A model generated the notes under the pieces. It did not search any database, had not been told where the DNA came from, and saw nothing but the letters and a program-made list of their open reading frames with translations. This document shows, piece by piece, positions 38,317 through 47,919 of a stretch of 64,000 bases of DNA (its first letter is position 1; every line of letters starts with the position of its first letter). Made by a program: the position numbers and the translations under genes. Source of the DNA: Phycisphaeraceae bacterium (GTDB taxonomy: Bacteria; Planctomycetota; Phycisphaerae; Phycisphaerales; Phycisphaeraceae); assembly GCA_963674705.1 (NCBI GenBank), contig OY771506.1, forward strand, positions 5,184,001 through 5,248,000. Reading direction: 5' to 3'.

Positions 38317-40668
38317 ATGAACCGTTCATCGACCACGAGCTTTCTTGCCGTGTTTGTTGTATGGATTGCGGTGGTTGGCTTCTCGACCCATCCGACGATG
38401 GCCGTCATTACCATCGATAACTTCGAAGAGGGATTTTTCGTAACCATCGCGTTGCCGGGAACCAACACCTCTAATCTTCAGACGAACCTTTCCAACAGCA
38501 ACGTCATAGGAACGCAACGATATTCAACTTTGTACAATATCCCCGGACAGCATAATATCGCCTTGGCAGCGGGTCCGCCGGATGATTATTCGATCCTGGT
38601 ATTTGGCGAAGGCTGTAACAACACGGAATCCGGATTCACTTACAACGGATCTTCGGGACAACTCAACCGCGACCTGACCGTCGACAATCAGAACGCGTTC
38701 GCCGTCAATGTCACGTCAACTGTTAGTGGCGCCGACCTGGTTGTGACGGTTGGGACACGACTGGGAGAGCCCGAATCGGTCTTTGCCCAACTCATCCAAC
38801 CGATCACCGGCGCCGGTGTGTACAAGTTTCGATACAACGACTTCACCGGCTTCGGTGCGCCGGACTTCACCGATGTAGACAATATCAATGTGAAGATCCA
38901 AAAGACGGATAACACCGATCGCACTTTCACCATCGATGACATCACCACCACCAATACGATCACGCCGCATAACTGGGCAAGCACGCAGCTTATTGACAAC
39001 TGGAGTAATGTCTATGCTTGGACACCAGCCAGCGGCGTGCCCAATCGCGACTGGATCGCCAATATCTATGTGCCACCGGGGGGTCAGCCCGTCGAGTTTT
39101 CGAGCGTGGATCAGGACTACACCGTGCATGAATTAAACATGCTGCCCGGGTATGGCGCGATCAACCTTCAAGTCTTAGCGGGCCAAACGCTGACTGTCGA
39201 GGATGAAGCGTATATCGGGAATGGCATCCTCCGGTTTGCTGACAACGCAGCGTTTAGTGCAGACACAGTAACCGTCAGCACCGGCGTAATCCTGCTCGAT
39301 CACGCGGGAGCCGACCTGGATGCCGGTACATTGCGCATCGACGGCGGGCTACTCTCCCTCGACCATCCCGAGGCAAATATCCATGTCGGTGATTTTGCCC
39401 AATCCGATCTTGGGAACTTCGATCATCACTGCGGTACACTCACCATCGATGGGGGCCACTTCGATCCGCAAACGCCATTTGACCAATACACCATCGATGG
39501 CAACCAGCCTAACGAGACCGCAACACTTCGGCTGGTCCATGGAGCGTGGGCCTTTCTCGGCGGAGATTACACCGAAATGGACCTTTTGATCGGTCCTGAT
39601 AATAACGGCGTCCTGGAACTGAGCGATCCGGGCACGTTCCTGCGCACGAGCGACGCCCCTTGGTTGTACGACGGCGCCGTTCATGTGGGGGGTTCCGCGA
39701 TAGGCTCATTCCCCAGCATTGGGTCTGGGCGCATGACTATCGAGAACGGCGCTACGCTCACTTGCGGAGAAGGCTTCGTAGCCGAAACCGACGACTCGGA
39801 AGGGATCGTCACCGTGTCGGGCCCCGGGTCTACCTGGTATATCGATGGCAGCTTGTTCGTAGGAGGAACGGCTTACGGTCCCAGTGTTCCGAGCATAGCC
39901 GAACTGATTGTCAGCAACGCTAGTGTCGTGGACTGCCATGTATTGAACGTATGGCACTACGCAACAATTGACTTGGATGAAGCCACGATCGAATCCGAAC
40001 AAATCAACAACTACGGACGGATCAATGCGGATGGACTCATCACCGTCAGTAACGTATTCGATAATCTGGGCGTACTTGCACCGGGCGGATATGGGCCGGG
40101 CTTTCTTGCGGTGCAAGGTGAGTTGGACCTGACGGATAGCGGCACGGTCGAGATCGAACTCGGCGGGTCGAATTCCGGGCAGTTCGATCAGTTGTGGATT
40201 ACGGGTGATACATATACGACAGTGGATGGAATTCTGGATGTCGGTCTGATTGGTGGCTTCGATCCCGCAGCGGGTATAGCGTTCGAGATCCTCAACTCGC
40301 AGTTGCCGCTTCAAGGGCAGTTCAGTCAATGCAACTTTCCCACGTCAAACGGGATCGCGCTTGGCGTCAGGTATGACTCACATTTGATCTGGCTTGTCAC
40401 CGGGATGGTCGGCGACCTCAACGCCGATGGCTTCGTCGGGCTGGATGATCTGGACATCGTATTGACTCATTGGAACACCAGGGTCACGGCCGGCATCTGG
40501 ATGCAAGGTGATCCTTCAGGCGACGGCTACGTCGGGCTCGACGACCTGGACATCGTGCTGGGTAATTGGAACGCGGGGACGCCGCCGATGGTGGTGCCGG
40601 AGCCGGGGAGTCTGGTGTTGCTGGGGGTTGGGGGTTTGGGATTGATGCGACGGCGGGTGTGTGATTGA
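38317..40668 (+). CDS. Paralogous PEP-CTERM surface protein with dockerin-like cassette
   Basis: TIDNFEE, SNVIGTQR, VDQDYTVH shared with the previous gene; VPEPG, TM segment, MRRR. Confidence 0.85.
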   Translation: MNRSSTTSFLAVFVVWIAVVGFSTHPTMAVITIDNFEEGFFVTIALPGTNTSNLQTNLSNSNVIGTQRYSTLYNIPGQHNIALAAGPPDDYSILVFGEGCNNTESGFTYNGSSGQLNRDLTVDNQNAFAVNVTSTVSGADLVVTVGTRLGEPESVFAQLIQPITGAGVYKFRYNDFTGFGAPDFTDVDNINVKIQKTDNTDRTFTIDDITTTNTITPHNWASTQLIDNWSNVYAWTPASGVPNRDWIANIYVPPGGQPVEFSSVDQDYTVHELNMLPGYGAINLQVLAGQTLTVEDEAYIGNGILRFADNAAFSADTVTVSTGVILLDHAGADLDAGTLRIDGGLLSLDHPEANIHVGDFAQSDLGNFDHHCGTLTIDGGHFDPQTPFDQYTIDGNQPNETATLRLVHGAWAFLGGDYTEMDLLIGPDNNGVLELSDPGTFLRTSDAPWLYDGAVHVGGSAIGSFPSIGSGRMTIENGATLTCGEGFVAETDDSEGIVTVSGPGSTWYIDGSLFVGGTAYGPSVPSIAELIVSNASVVDCHVLNVWHYATIDLDEATIESEQINNYGRINADGLITVSNVFDNLGVLAPGGYGPGFLAVQGELDLTDSGTVEIELGGSNSGQFDQLWITGDTYTTVDGILDVGLIGGFDPAAGIAFEILNSQLPLQGQFSQCNFPTSNGIALGVRYDSHLIWLVTGMVGDLNADGFVGLDDLDIVLTHWNTRVTAGIWMQGDPSGDGYVGLDDLDIVLGNWNAGTPPMVVPEPGSLVLLGVGGLGLMRRRVCD

Positions 40669-40697
40669 GGGTGAATGGTTGTATGTGTGGTTAACGA

Positions 40698-40733
40698 TAA
40701 AGCCCACGTTCGATGAACGTGGGCTTCGTTTTT
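40698..40733. terminator. Probable bidirectional terminator (REP-like hairpin) between convergent genes
   Basis: TAAAGCCCACGTTCGATGAACGTGGGCTTCGTTTTT. Confidence 0.65.
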
Positions 40734-40757
40734 ATGGTGGGTTGTTGGTGAGGTGGT

Positions 40758-41957
40758 TTACAGCACTTTCACGATGGCGTCACAGAGGTAGTCCATGTTG
40801 GACTCGGTCATGCCGGCGACGTTGATGCGGCCGGAGCCGACGATGTAGATGCCGTAGTGTTCGCGTAGCTTGCCGACCTGTTCCTTGTTCAAGCCGGAGT
40901 AGCTGAACATGCCGTTCTGCTTTGTGATGAACGAGAAGTCGCGGTTCGCGCCTTTGTCAGCAAGTGTCTTGACGAATAGCTTGCGCATGCCGTTGATGCG
41001 GTCGCGCATCTCGGCGAGTTCGGCGTGCCATTGCTTGGTCAAACCCGCGTCCTGCAGGATCGTCGAGACGATCGCCCCGCCGTGCGATGGTGGGTTGGAA
41101 TAGTTACGTCGGATGCAGGTCTTGACCTGGCTCTGCACAGTCTTGGCTGCTTCTGCCGAAGCAGCGACCATGGTCAGCGAGCCGACACGTTCGTTGTACA
41201 GGCCGAAGTTCTTGGAGAAGCTGGCGCAGATGATCAACTCGGGCACCTTGCTGATCAGCGTACGCAGACCGACGGCGTCTTCTTCGATGCCGGTGGCTAA
41301 TCCCTGATACGCAAAGTCCACCAGTGGCAGCAAGTTCTTCTGAGCACACACATCCGCGATCTTCGCCCACTGCCCGGCATCCGGGTCGACGCCGGTCGGG
41401 TTGTGGCAGCAGCCGTGCAGCAAGACGACGTCGCCCTCTTTGGCTTCGGCGAGGCCTTTGAGCATCGCGTCGATGTCAAGCGTGTTCTTCGCGGCGTCGA
41501 AGTAGGGATAACGTTTCATAGGTACGCCGGCGGCGCCGAAGACGGCCGGGTGGTTTGGCCAGGTTTCATCACTCATCCAGAGCGTTGCCCCCGGAAGCTG
41601 GGAACCAATAAAGTCGCCTGCAACGCGCAGCGCGCCGGTGCCGCCGGGGCAATGGCTGGTCGCGGCGCGTTTGCCGGAGATGATGTCGCTGCCTGCGCCG
41701 AAGAGCATAGCCTGGACGCAAGCACCATAAGCTGGGTCGCCGTCGATAGGTTTGTAGCTCTTGGTGACCTCGGCGTCGATGAGGCGGCGCTCGGCTTCTT
41801 TGACGGTCGCCAGCACCGGGGTCTTGCCGGTAGCATCCTTGTAGACACCCACGCCCAGGTTGATCTTGTTGGGCCGGGTGTCCTCCTTAAACGCCTCAGT
41901 CAAACCAAGGATCGCGTCGGGTGGAGCGGGCTGGATCTTGTCAAACATTTTCTGCAT
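40758..41957 (-). CDS. aspC: Aspartate/aromatic aminotransferase (class I)
   Basis: KINLGVGVYKD, GGTGAL, HGCCHNPTGVD, DFAYQG, SFSKNFGLYNERVG, GRINVAG; start 41957 or 41948. Confidence 0.92.
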   Translation of the reverse strand: MQKMFDKIQPAPPDAILGLTEAFKEDTRPNKINLGVGVYKDATGKTPVLATVKEAERRLIDAEVTKSYKPIDGDPAYGACVQAMLFGAGSDIISGKRAATSHCPGGTGALRVAGDFIGSQLPGATLWMSDETWPNHPAVFGAAGVPMKRYPYFDAAKNTLDIDAMLKGLAEAKEGDVVLLHGCCHNPTGVDPDAGQWAKIADVCAQKNLLPLVDFAYQGLATGIEEDAVGLRTLISKVPELIICASFSKNFGLYNERVGSLTMVAASAEAAKTVQSQVKTCIRRNYSNPPSHGGAIVSTILQDAGLTKQWHAELAEMRDRINGMRKLFVKTLADKGANRDFSFITKQNGMFSYSGLNKEQVGKLREHYGIYIVGSGRINVAGMTESNMDYLCDAIVKVL

Positions 41958-42067
41958 CCTTCCTCTCAAGGGGCGTGAACTATCTGGGCCAACAGCAGGC
42001 CGTCGGGTAAGGTAACGCGGGGCGAGCGTGGGGGCAAAAATGGCGAATTTAGAGCGGGTTTTATTTA

Positions 42068-42310
42068 GCCACAGATGAACACGGATAAACACAGATGGGA
42101 TTTGTCCCCTCTCCCCGCGGGAGAGGGTTAGGGTGAGGGCCGGATGGATTGTGTATGCAGATTAAGATTCGTTATGAGAGTTGAAGCTTGAACGTCTCTT
42201 AAACTCGGTTCGTTTACTCACTACGGCACTCACCCCGGCCCTATCCCAGGAGCAGAGGGAGTGAATACATGCAAACATTGACCCGGATTTAATCCGTGTT
42301 TATCTGTGGC
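42068..42310. repeat. Nested element: family C inverted repeats enclosing a family B inverted pair
   Basis: Outer GCCACAGATGAACACGGAT / ATCCGTGTTTATCTGTGGC; inner 42106-42143 and 42224-42261. Confidence 0.8.
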
Positions 42311-42340
42311 CATTTTTTTTCCAACATGAGATCGGCAAGA

Positions 42341-43516
42341 TCACCGCAATCCCAAAAACACGCGTCGCGTGATCTTGTGGCGTTCGAGGATAAGGTGGCC
42401 GAGGATGGGTAGTGCGAGGCCGAGTGTCAGGCAGATGATAAACAAGGCTTCGGTGTTGGTGATGCCGAGGATGTTTTTGCTGAGGATGCGTGCGCCGGTG
42501 ACGCCGAAGGCGTGCAGGAGGTAGATGGTGAAGGCGTAGCCACCGAGCCAGGCGATGGGTTTGAAAGTAAAGCGAAGTCGGACGAGCAGGAAGGTCGCGC
42601 CAAGGCCGCAGCCGAGGACGATCCAGGGCAGTGCGCTGCCGGGGTCGAGTTTGTCGAAGAGATAGAGTTGATGCAACGTCGCGGCTATTGCGAGCAAGGC
42701 CGCCGCCGCGATGAACGGGCCGCGCCCTTTGGATAGGACGTCGAAGCGGTACAGGCCTAACCCGAGGATGAAGAAGACGAGCAGCTTGCACCAGCCGTCG
42801 ATCGAGAAGAAGGCCGTTTCGGTTGGGCCGAAGAGGAAGATCAGCGAGCCGATCGCCATGCACGTCACCCAGCCCCGGCGTTTTTCGAGCATGCCGAGGA
42901 TCTCCATCGCGTAGACGGTGACGAAGACCAGCGCGATCGACTGGAGGAACCAGAACTGATCGAAGGGGAAAAGGTAGATGCGCCAGATGCCGGTGATGGG
43001 CTGGGGATTGGTGACGCCGGGGGATAAAGCGGTGAACAGGTACTGTATGGTCGCGACGCTCGCCATCGGCAGCAGCAATCGGCGGGCCTTACCGGTCAGG
43101 AATATCTTTGAGGATTCCCACTGCACGGGACGCATCGCGTAGACGTAGCCGGAGATCACCGTGAACAACGGCATCCGCATCGGACTGAACGTGAGATAGA
43201 AGTAGCGCCACCACGAATCATCCGAGACCTGAAGCCCCCCGTCCGGCCGGGCACTGATAACGTGGCCCATGACCATCAGGATGATGGCGATGCCGCGCAG
43301 CGTCTCGATGGACAAATCCTTGGCGCGCTTGGTCTGCGGCGGAAGCGTATCGGGTAGTTCGGTCTTTCCGAGTCTGCGCGGTGGATCGACAAGGTCCGGC
43401 GCGGGTTTGCGATACTCAGGCGGCAGCGTGCGTCGATCGGGCTTGATGCCGGTCGAGTCGCGCCAAGAGATCGGCAAGCCAGAATGGGAGGGACCGTGGG
43501 TACTCATGCTAGACAA
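42341..43516 (-). CDS. Acyltransferase family 3 (membrane O-acyltransferase)
   Basis: IETLRGIAIILMVMGH, RMPLFTVISGY, QFWFL, IYLLH; start uncertain. Confidence 0.88.
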   Translation of the reverse strand: MSSMSTHGPSHSGLPISWRDSTGIKPDRRTLPPEYRKPAPDLVDPPRRLGKTELPDTLPPQTKRAKDLSIETLRGIAIILMVMGHVISARPDGGLQVSDDSWWRYFYLTFSPMRMPLFTVISGYVYAMRPVQWESSKIFLTGKARRLLLPMASVATIQYLFTALSPGVTNPQPITGIWRIYLFPFDQFWFLQSIALVFVTVYAMEILGMLEKRRGWVTCMAIGSLIFLFGPTETAFFSIDGWCKLLVFFILGLGLYRFDVLSKGRGPFIAAAALLAIAATLHQLYLFDKLDPGSALPWIVLGCGLGATFLLVRLRFTFKPIAWLGGYAFTIYLLHAFGVTGARILSKNILGITNTEALFIICLTLGLALPILGHLILERHKITRRVFLGLR

Positions 43517-43743
43517 GGCCCCTATCGGTTAATCATAAGGCAAGCGGACAGATATCCGTCCGAAGTTATGCAAAATCACACAGTTAGCGATTAACCAAGT
43601 GGATTATCGAACCCTGCGATTTGGCTGACATGGTGTCGTTGATTACCGCTGGTTCGTGCTTGTGATTACCTGTTTACTAAAAGACACCAATTAAAAGTAC
43701 AGGGCAGTATTTTAATTGTAAGGGGCAGGATTTGCACGTCTAT

Positions 43744-43974
43744 CTACTCAGTATTTTCGCTTTCCATACTGAAAACCTCTTCCAACGGCTTGCCGAACAC
43801 CTCAGCGATCTTGAAGGCGGCCTCCAGCGTGGGTGAATACTTGCCGCCTTCGATGGCATTGATGGTCTGGCGTGTCACGCCGATACGCTGGGCAAGCTCC
43901 TGCTGGGTCATTTCATTGTGCTCGAACCGCAGAGCCCGGATGCGGTTCTGAATACGGGTCTTGTCCTTACTCAC
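43744..43974 (-). CDS. XRE-family HTH transcriptional regulator
   Basis: MTQQELAQRIGVTRQTINAIEGGKYSPTLEAAFKIA. Confidence 0.93.
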   Translation of the reverse strand: MSKDKTRIQNRIRALRFEHNEMTQQELAQRIGVTRQTINAIEGGKYSPTLEAAFKIAEVFGKPLEEVFSMESENTE

Positions 43975-43975
43975 T

Positions 43976-44395
43976 TCACACCCCCCGCCTGTAGTAGATG
44001 AGCTGCATGGTGAGTTTGAGCAGGGCCGAGAGCAGCAGGGACAGCAGGAGCCCGTGGGCGATCCAGATGCTGCCGACCTCGTAGATAAGCCCGCCGATCG
44101 CGGCCATCGCCCCGGCCCCGAGGACCCACGAGGCGTTGCTCTCCGCCCGCCAGACGATGAGCTTATCCCGCTCGTCTTTTTCCCCCGCCCCGCCGAAGAA
44201 TGTCGCCACGATGTGCCCGATCACCATCAGGATGATCAGCAGCACGACCGCCCCGGCAAAGAGCGGCAGGTACGACATCAGCGTCGCCTCCTCCCGCCCG
44301 GCAATCCCCCAAGCCCCAATCACATACCCGCCCATGATCAAAAGCAGCGTCACAAGCTGCACCCAGGCACTACGTTCTTCAAATGATGCGTTCAT
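43976..44395 (-). CDS. Membrane protein, DUF2178-like
   Basis: DERD motif between TM segments, YYRRG tail, coupled to the XRE gene. Confidence 0.75.
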   Translation of the reverse strand: MNASFEERSAWVQLVTLLLIMGGYVIGAWGIAGREEATLMSYLPLFAGAVVLLIILMVIGHIVATFFGGAGEKDERDKLIVWRAESNASWVLGAGAMAAIGGLIYEVGSIWIAHGLLLSLLLSALLKLTMQLIYYRRGV

Positions 44396-44442
44396 AATCG
44401 ATACCTTTCCGCCCTTGGCAATGGTTAATATACTTGACTTGG

Positions 44443-44487
44443 TGTAAAGTATAGTAGACATCGTCGGCGTGTCAAGTTTACTTTACA
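44443..44487 (-). promoter_or_regulatory. Sigma70 promoter overlapped by two quasi-palindromic operators
   Basis: Minus strand TTGACA-N16-TATACT (44475-44448); TGTAAAG-N4-GTAGACA and TGTCAAG-N4-CTTTACA. Confidence 0.65.
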
Positions 44488-44596
44488 TCTCAGGTGAAAT
44501 AATTTTTTCCACCCCCTGCTGCCACCCTCTTAGCAGCCACAGGCAGGATTCCGTATCATCGGTGGCTGAACGCTTACCCAGCTTCACGGAGTACCG

Positions 44597-47500
44597 ATGA
44601 ATACCGCCCCGATCGCGCCGCAAACCGAGTTGATGACCGAAGAAACCGCCCAAAACCGCATGTTTCGTGTGGAGGTCAGGCCCAAGCCGGGTGAGGCCGA
44701 CCCGCATGGGGCTGGGCTGCTCAGCCAGGCGAAACAGGCCTTGGGCGACATCCTGGCGGTCCACTCGACGCATGTGTACCTGATCGAGGCGCCGTTGAAT
44801 GATGAGCAGGCCCAGAGGATTGCCCGGGAGTTGCTGGCCGATCCGGTGAACCAGGTGAGTACGCTCGGCGCCGAGCCGGTCGCGGAAGGCCGATCGATGC
44901 TGGAGGTGCACTATCAGCCGGGCGTGATGGACCCGGTCGCCCAGTCGGCACAGTCGGCGATCCTCGAGATGTTCACGTTCTTGGCCAGCGACAGCGTCGA
45001 GGTGCGGACGGGTGTGCGTTACGACTTTGAACATGCCGGCGAGGGTGAGAAACCGAGCGATGAAGCGCTACAGCGTTTTGCCAATGGGACGGTAGCGAAC
45101 ACCGTGATCCAGGATATTCACACGCAGCCGTTCCACCCGGACGCGTTCCCGCAAGGCCACGCCTATGACCTGCACATCACACACGTGCCGATCCGTGAAC
45201 TGGATGATGAAGCACTGGTGAAACTGTCGCGCGAGGGGCATCTGTTCCTGAGCCTGGCGGAGATGCACGCGATCCGCGAACACTACCGCAAGATCGACCG
45301 CGACCCGACGGATATCGAACTGGAAACCTTCGCGCAGACGTGGAGCGAGCACTGCGTGCATAAGACGTTGAAGTCGAAGATACGGTATCGCGAAGGATCG
45401 GGCGTCGCTGCGAAGGATTCAGGGATCAACTGGGCCGGGCGCGCGGGGCACACGATCAATGAAGACGGTAGCGTCACGATTGACAACCTGCTGAAGTACA
45501 CGGTGGCGGCGGCAACGAAGCAGTTGATGCAAGAGCAACCTTGCAAAGACTGGTGCGTCAGCGTGTTTGAAGACAACTCGGGCGTTGTGAAGTTCGATGA
45601 TGTGGATGGCATCAGCATCAAGGTTGAAACGCACAACCACCCCTCCGCGATCGAACCCTACGGCGGCGCAGCAACAGGCATCGGCGGGTGCATCCGCGAC
45701 GTGATCGGGACGGGCCTCGCTGCAAAGCCGATCGCGAATACGGATACATTCTGCGTGAGTTTCCCGGATGTGGAGGATGTGCCGGAGGGCGTGATCAAAC
45801 CGAGACGGATCCTGAAGCAGGTCGTCGCGGGCGTGCGTGATTATGGCAACCGCATGGGTATCCCGACCGTGAACGGCGCGGTGTACTTCGATGAAGATTA
45901 TGTGGCGAACCCGCTGGTGTTTGCCGGGTGCATCGGGTTGATCCCGCTGGATCGCTGCTTCGGCAAGGCGATGCCGGGCGATCGGATCGTCGCGATCGGC
46001 GGCTCGACCGGTCGGGACGGCATCCACGGCGCGACGTTCAGCAGCGCCGAGCTGACGGACACCCATGCCGACGAATTCTCACACGCGGTGCAGATCGGCA
46101 ACGCGATCACGGAAAAACAGACACTTGATGTCATCCTCAAAGCGCGCGACCAGGAAGACGGGCCTTTGTATTCAGGACTCACCGATTGCGGCGCAGGGGG
46201 CTTCTCCAGCGCGATCGGCGAACTGGGCGAAAAGACCGGCGCTTGCGTGACGCTGGAAAACGCGCCGCTTAAGTACCAGGGATTGAACCACACGGAGATC
46301 TGGATCAGCGAGGCCCAGGAGCGGATGGTGCTGTCAGTTCCGCCGGACAAGCTGGAACGGCTGCGCATGATCTGTGAGGCTGAGGATGTCGATCTGTGCG
46401 ACATGGGCCACTTCGGCGAACTGTCACACATCGACAACGAGCCGCAGCTTGTGCTGACGTATCACAGCGAAGAGGTCGGCCGCTTGCCGATGCAGATGCT
46501 GCACGAAGGCATCCCGACCCCGATGCGCGAAGCCACCTGGCCGCCTGAGGCGAAGCAGGCTGGGGGTTACCGCGTTGGTGGCAACGCGGCTCGCGGGGCG
46601 GGCGCAACTCGCGGCGTGGGGAGTTTATCGTTATCTGAATCGCTGACGATACTGCTTGCGCATCCGAACATCGCCAGCAAGCACTGGATCGTTCGGCAAT
46701 ACGACCACGAGGTGCAGGCCGGGTCGGTGGTGAAGCCTTTGGTCGGGCCGGAGCAGGACGGGCCTTCGGACGCGTCGGTGCTCAGGCCGAAGCTGGACAG
46801 CTACAAGGGGATCAACCTGAGCGTCGGCGGCGCGCCGTTCTATTCGGAAAAAGCAACGCAGCGCGGTTACGCCAGCGATGGCGACTCGTACTGGGCGACG
46901 CTCGCGGCGATCGATGAAGCGGTGCGCAACGCGGTGTGCGTCGGGGCCGATCCGGATCATATTGCGATCCTGGATAACTTCTGCTGGCCGAACTGCGATC
47001 CGCCGGAGGTACTTGGCACACTCGTGCGTGCCGCTGAAGCGTGCTACGACGGCGCGATGGCGTACCGCACGCCTTTCGTTTCAGGCAAAGATTCACTGAG
47101 CAACCAGTTCACAACACAGGATGGCAAGCTCATCACGATCCCGCAGACGTTGCTCATCACCGCAGTGGGCATGGTCGACGACGTGCGTAAGTCGCGCACG
47201 ATGGACGCGAAAGCCTCGGGCAATTTACTGTTGATGATCGGCGAGACGTCGGGCAACATGGGCGGTTCACATTACGTCCATATCGGCGGCGAAGCGATCG
47301 ATAAGCGCGTGCCGCGCACTTGTTTGAAACAGGGCCCGGCCAGTGCACGTGCGGTGGCGACGCTGATCAAGGAAGGCCTGGTCAGTTCTGCGCACGACTG
47401 CAGCGAAGGTGGGTTGCTTGTCGCCGCGGCGGAGATGGCGTTTGCTGGGCGGATCGGGTTGGACCTTGATCTGGGTGCATTGCCGGGCGGACAGACGCTT

Positions 47501-47734
47501 GATACGCCTGTTGCGTGTTTCGCGGAATCACCGAGCCGGTACCTGTTGGAAGTGAAGCCGGAGAAGCTCGATGCGGTGATCAACGCGCTGCGTAAAACCA
47601 AGACACCCTTCGGCCAGATCGGCACGTTCGCGGATCACGATCGGTTAACACTGCGTACCCCCCAGGCCGGCCGCGTGCTGGATGTATCGCTGGATGAACT
47701 ACGAAGCGCATGGCTGGGGACGCTGGATTGGTGA
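44597..47734 (+). CDS. purL: Phosphoribosylformylglycinamidine synthase PurL with fused N-terminal PurS-like repeats
   Basis: QTWSEHCVHK, KVETHNHPSAIEPYGGAATG, DCGAGG, SEAQERM, SGKDSL, HDCSEGG; no glutaminase domain. Confidence 0.95.
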   Translation: MNTAPIAPQTELMTEETAQNRMFRVEVRPKPGEADPHGAGLLSQAKQALGDILAVHSTHVYLIEAPLNDEQAQRIARELLADPVNQVSTLGAEPVAEGRSMLEVHYQPGVMDPVAQSAQSAILEMFTFLASDSVEVRTGVRYDFEHAGEGEKPSDEALQRFANGTVANTVIQDIHTQPFHPDAFPQGHAYDLHITHVPIRELDDEALVKLSREGHLFLSLAEMHAIREHYRKIDRDPTDIELETFAQTWSEHCVHKTLKSKIRYREGSGVAAKDSGINWAGRAGHTINEDGSVTIDNLLKYTVAAATKQLMQEQPCKDWCVSVFEDNSGVVKFDDVDGISIKVETHNHPSAIEPYGGAATGIGGCIRDVIGTGLAAKPIANTDTFCVSFPDVEDVPEGVIKPRRILKQVVAGVRDYGNRMGIPTVNGAVYFDEDYVANPLVFAGCIGLIPLDRCFGKAMPGDRIVAIGGSTGRDGIHGATFSSAELTDTHADEFSHAVQIGNAITEKQTLDVILKARDQEDGPLYSGLTDCGAGGFSSAIGELGEKTGACVTLENAPLKYQGLNHTEIWISEAQERMVLSVPPDKLERLRMICEAEDVDLCDMGHFGELSHIDNEPQLVLTYHSEEVGRLPMQMLHEGIPTPMREATWPPEAKQAGGYRVGGNAARGAGATRGVGSLSLSESLTILLAHPNIASKHWIVRQYDHEVQAGSVVKPLVGPEQDGPSDASVLRPKLDSYKGINLSVGGAPFYSEKATQRGYASDGDSYWATLAAIDEAVRNAVCVGADPDHIAILDNFCWPNCDPPEVLGTLVRAAEACYDGAMAYRTPFVSGKDSLSNQFTTQDGKLITIPQTLLITAVGMVDDVRKSRTMDAKASGNLLLMIGETSGNMGGSHYVHIGGEAIDKRVPRTCLKQGPASARAVATLIKEGLVSSAHDCSEGGLLVAAAEMAFAGRIGLDLDLGALPGGQTLDTPVACFAESPSRYLLEVKPEKLDAVINALRKTKTPFGQIGTFADHDRLTLRTPQAGRVLDVSLDELRSAWLGTLDW

Positions 47735-47754
47735 TTGGAAACATAGTGAGTTGG

Positions 47755-47847
47755 AACAGGGATGGACACAGATGAACACGGATAAGAGGTAAGACACAAA
47801 ATTATGTGTTTTTGTCTTATCTGTGTGTATCCGTGTTCATCCCTGTT
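47755..47847. repeat. Family C inverted ~10-mer arrays
   Basis: AACAGGGATGGACACAGATGAACACGGATAAGA / TCTTATCTGTGTGTATCCGTGTTCATCCCTGTT. Confidence 0.8.
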
Positions 47848-47919
47848 TCATAAATTGCCTTTCCCTGTGTCTCTGTGCCTCTGTAGTTCAACCCCTTCGT
47901 TTCACACTATAATCCACGC

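Noticed and set aside
26564..40668. Diversity-generating retroelement acting on the similar C-terminal cassettes
   Set aside because: No reverse transcriptase or non-coding template repeat; the differences I compared are mostly third-position, not adenine-specific
41958..42092. N-terminal extension of AspC in the ORF track
   Set aside because: It starts inside the family C repeat; the real start follows the purine-rich RBS near 41957
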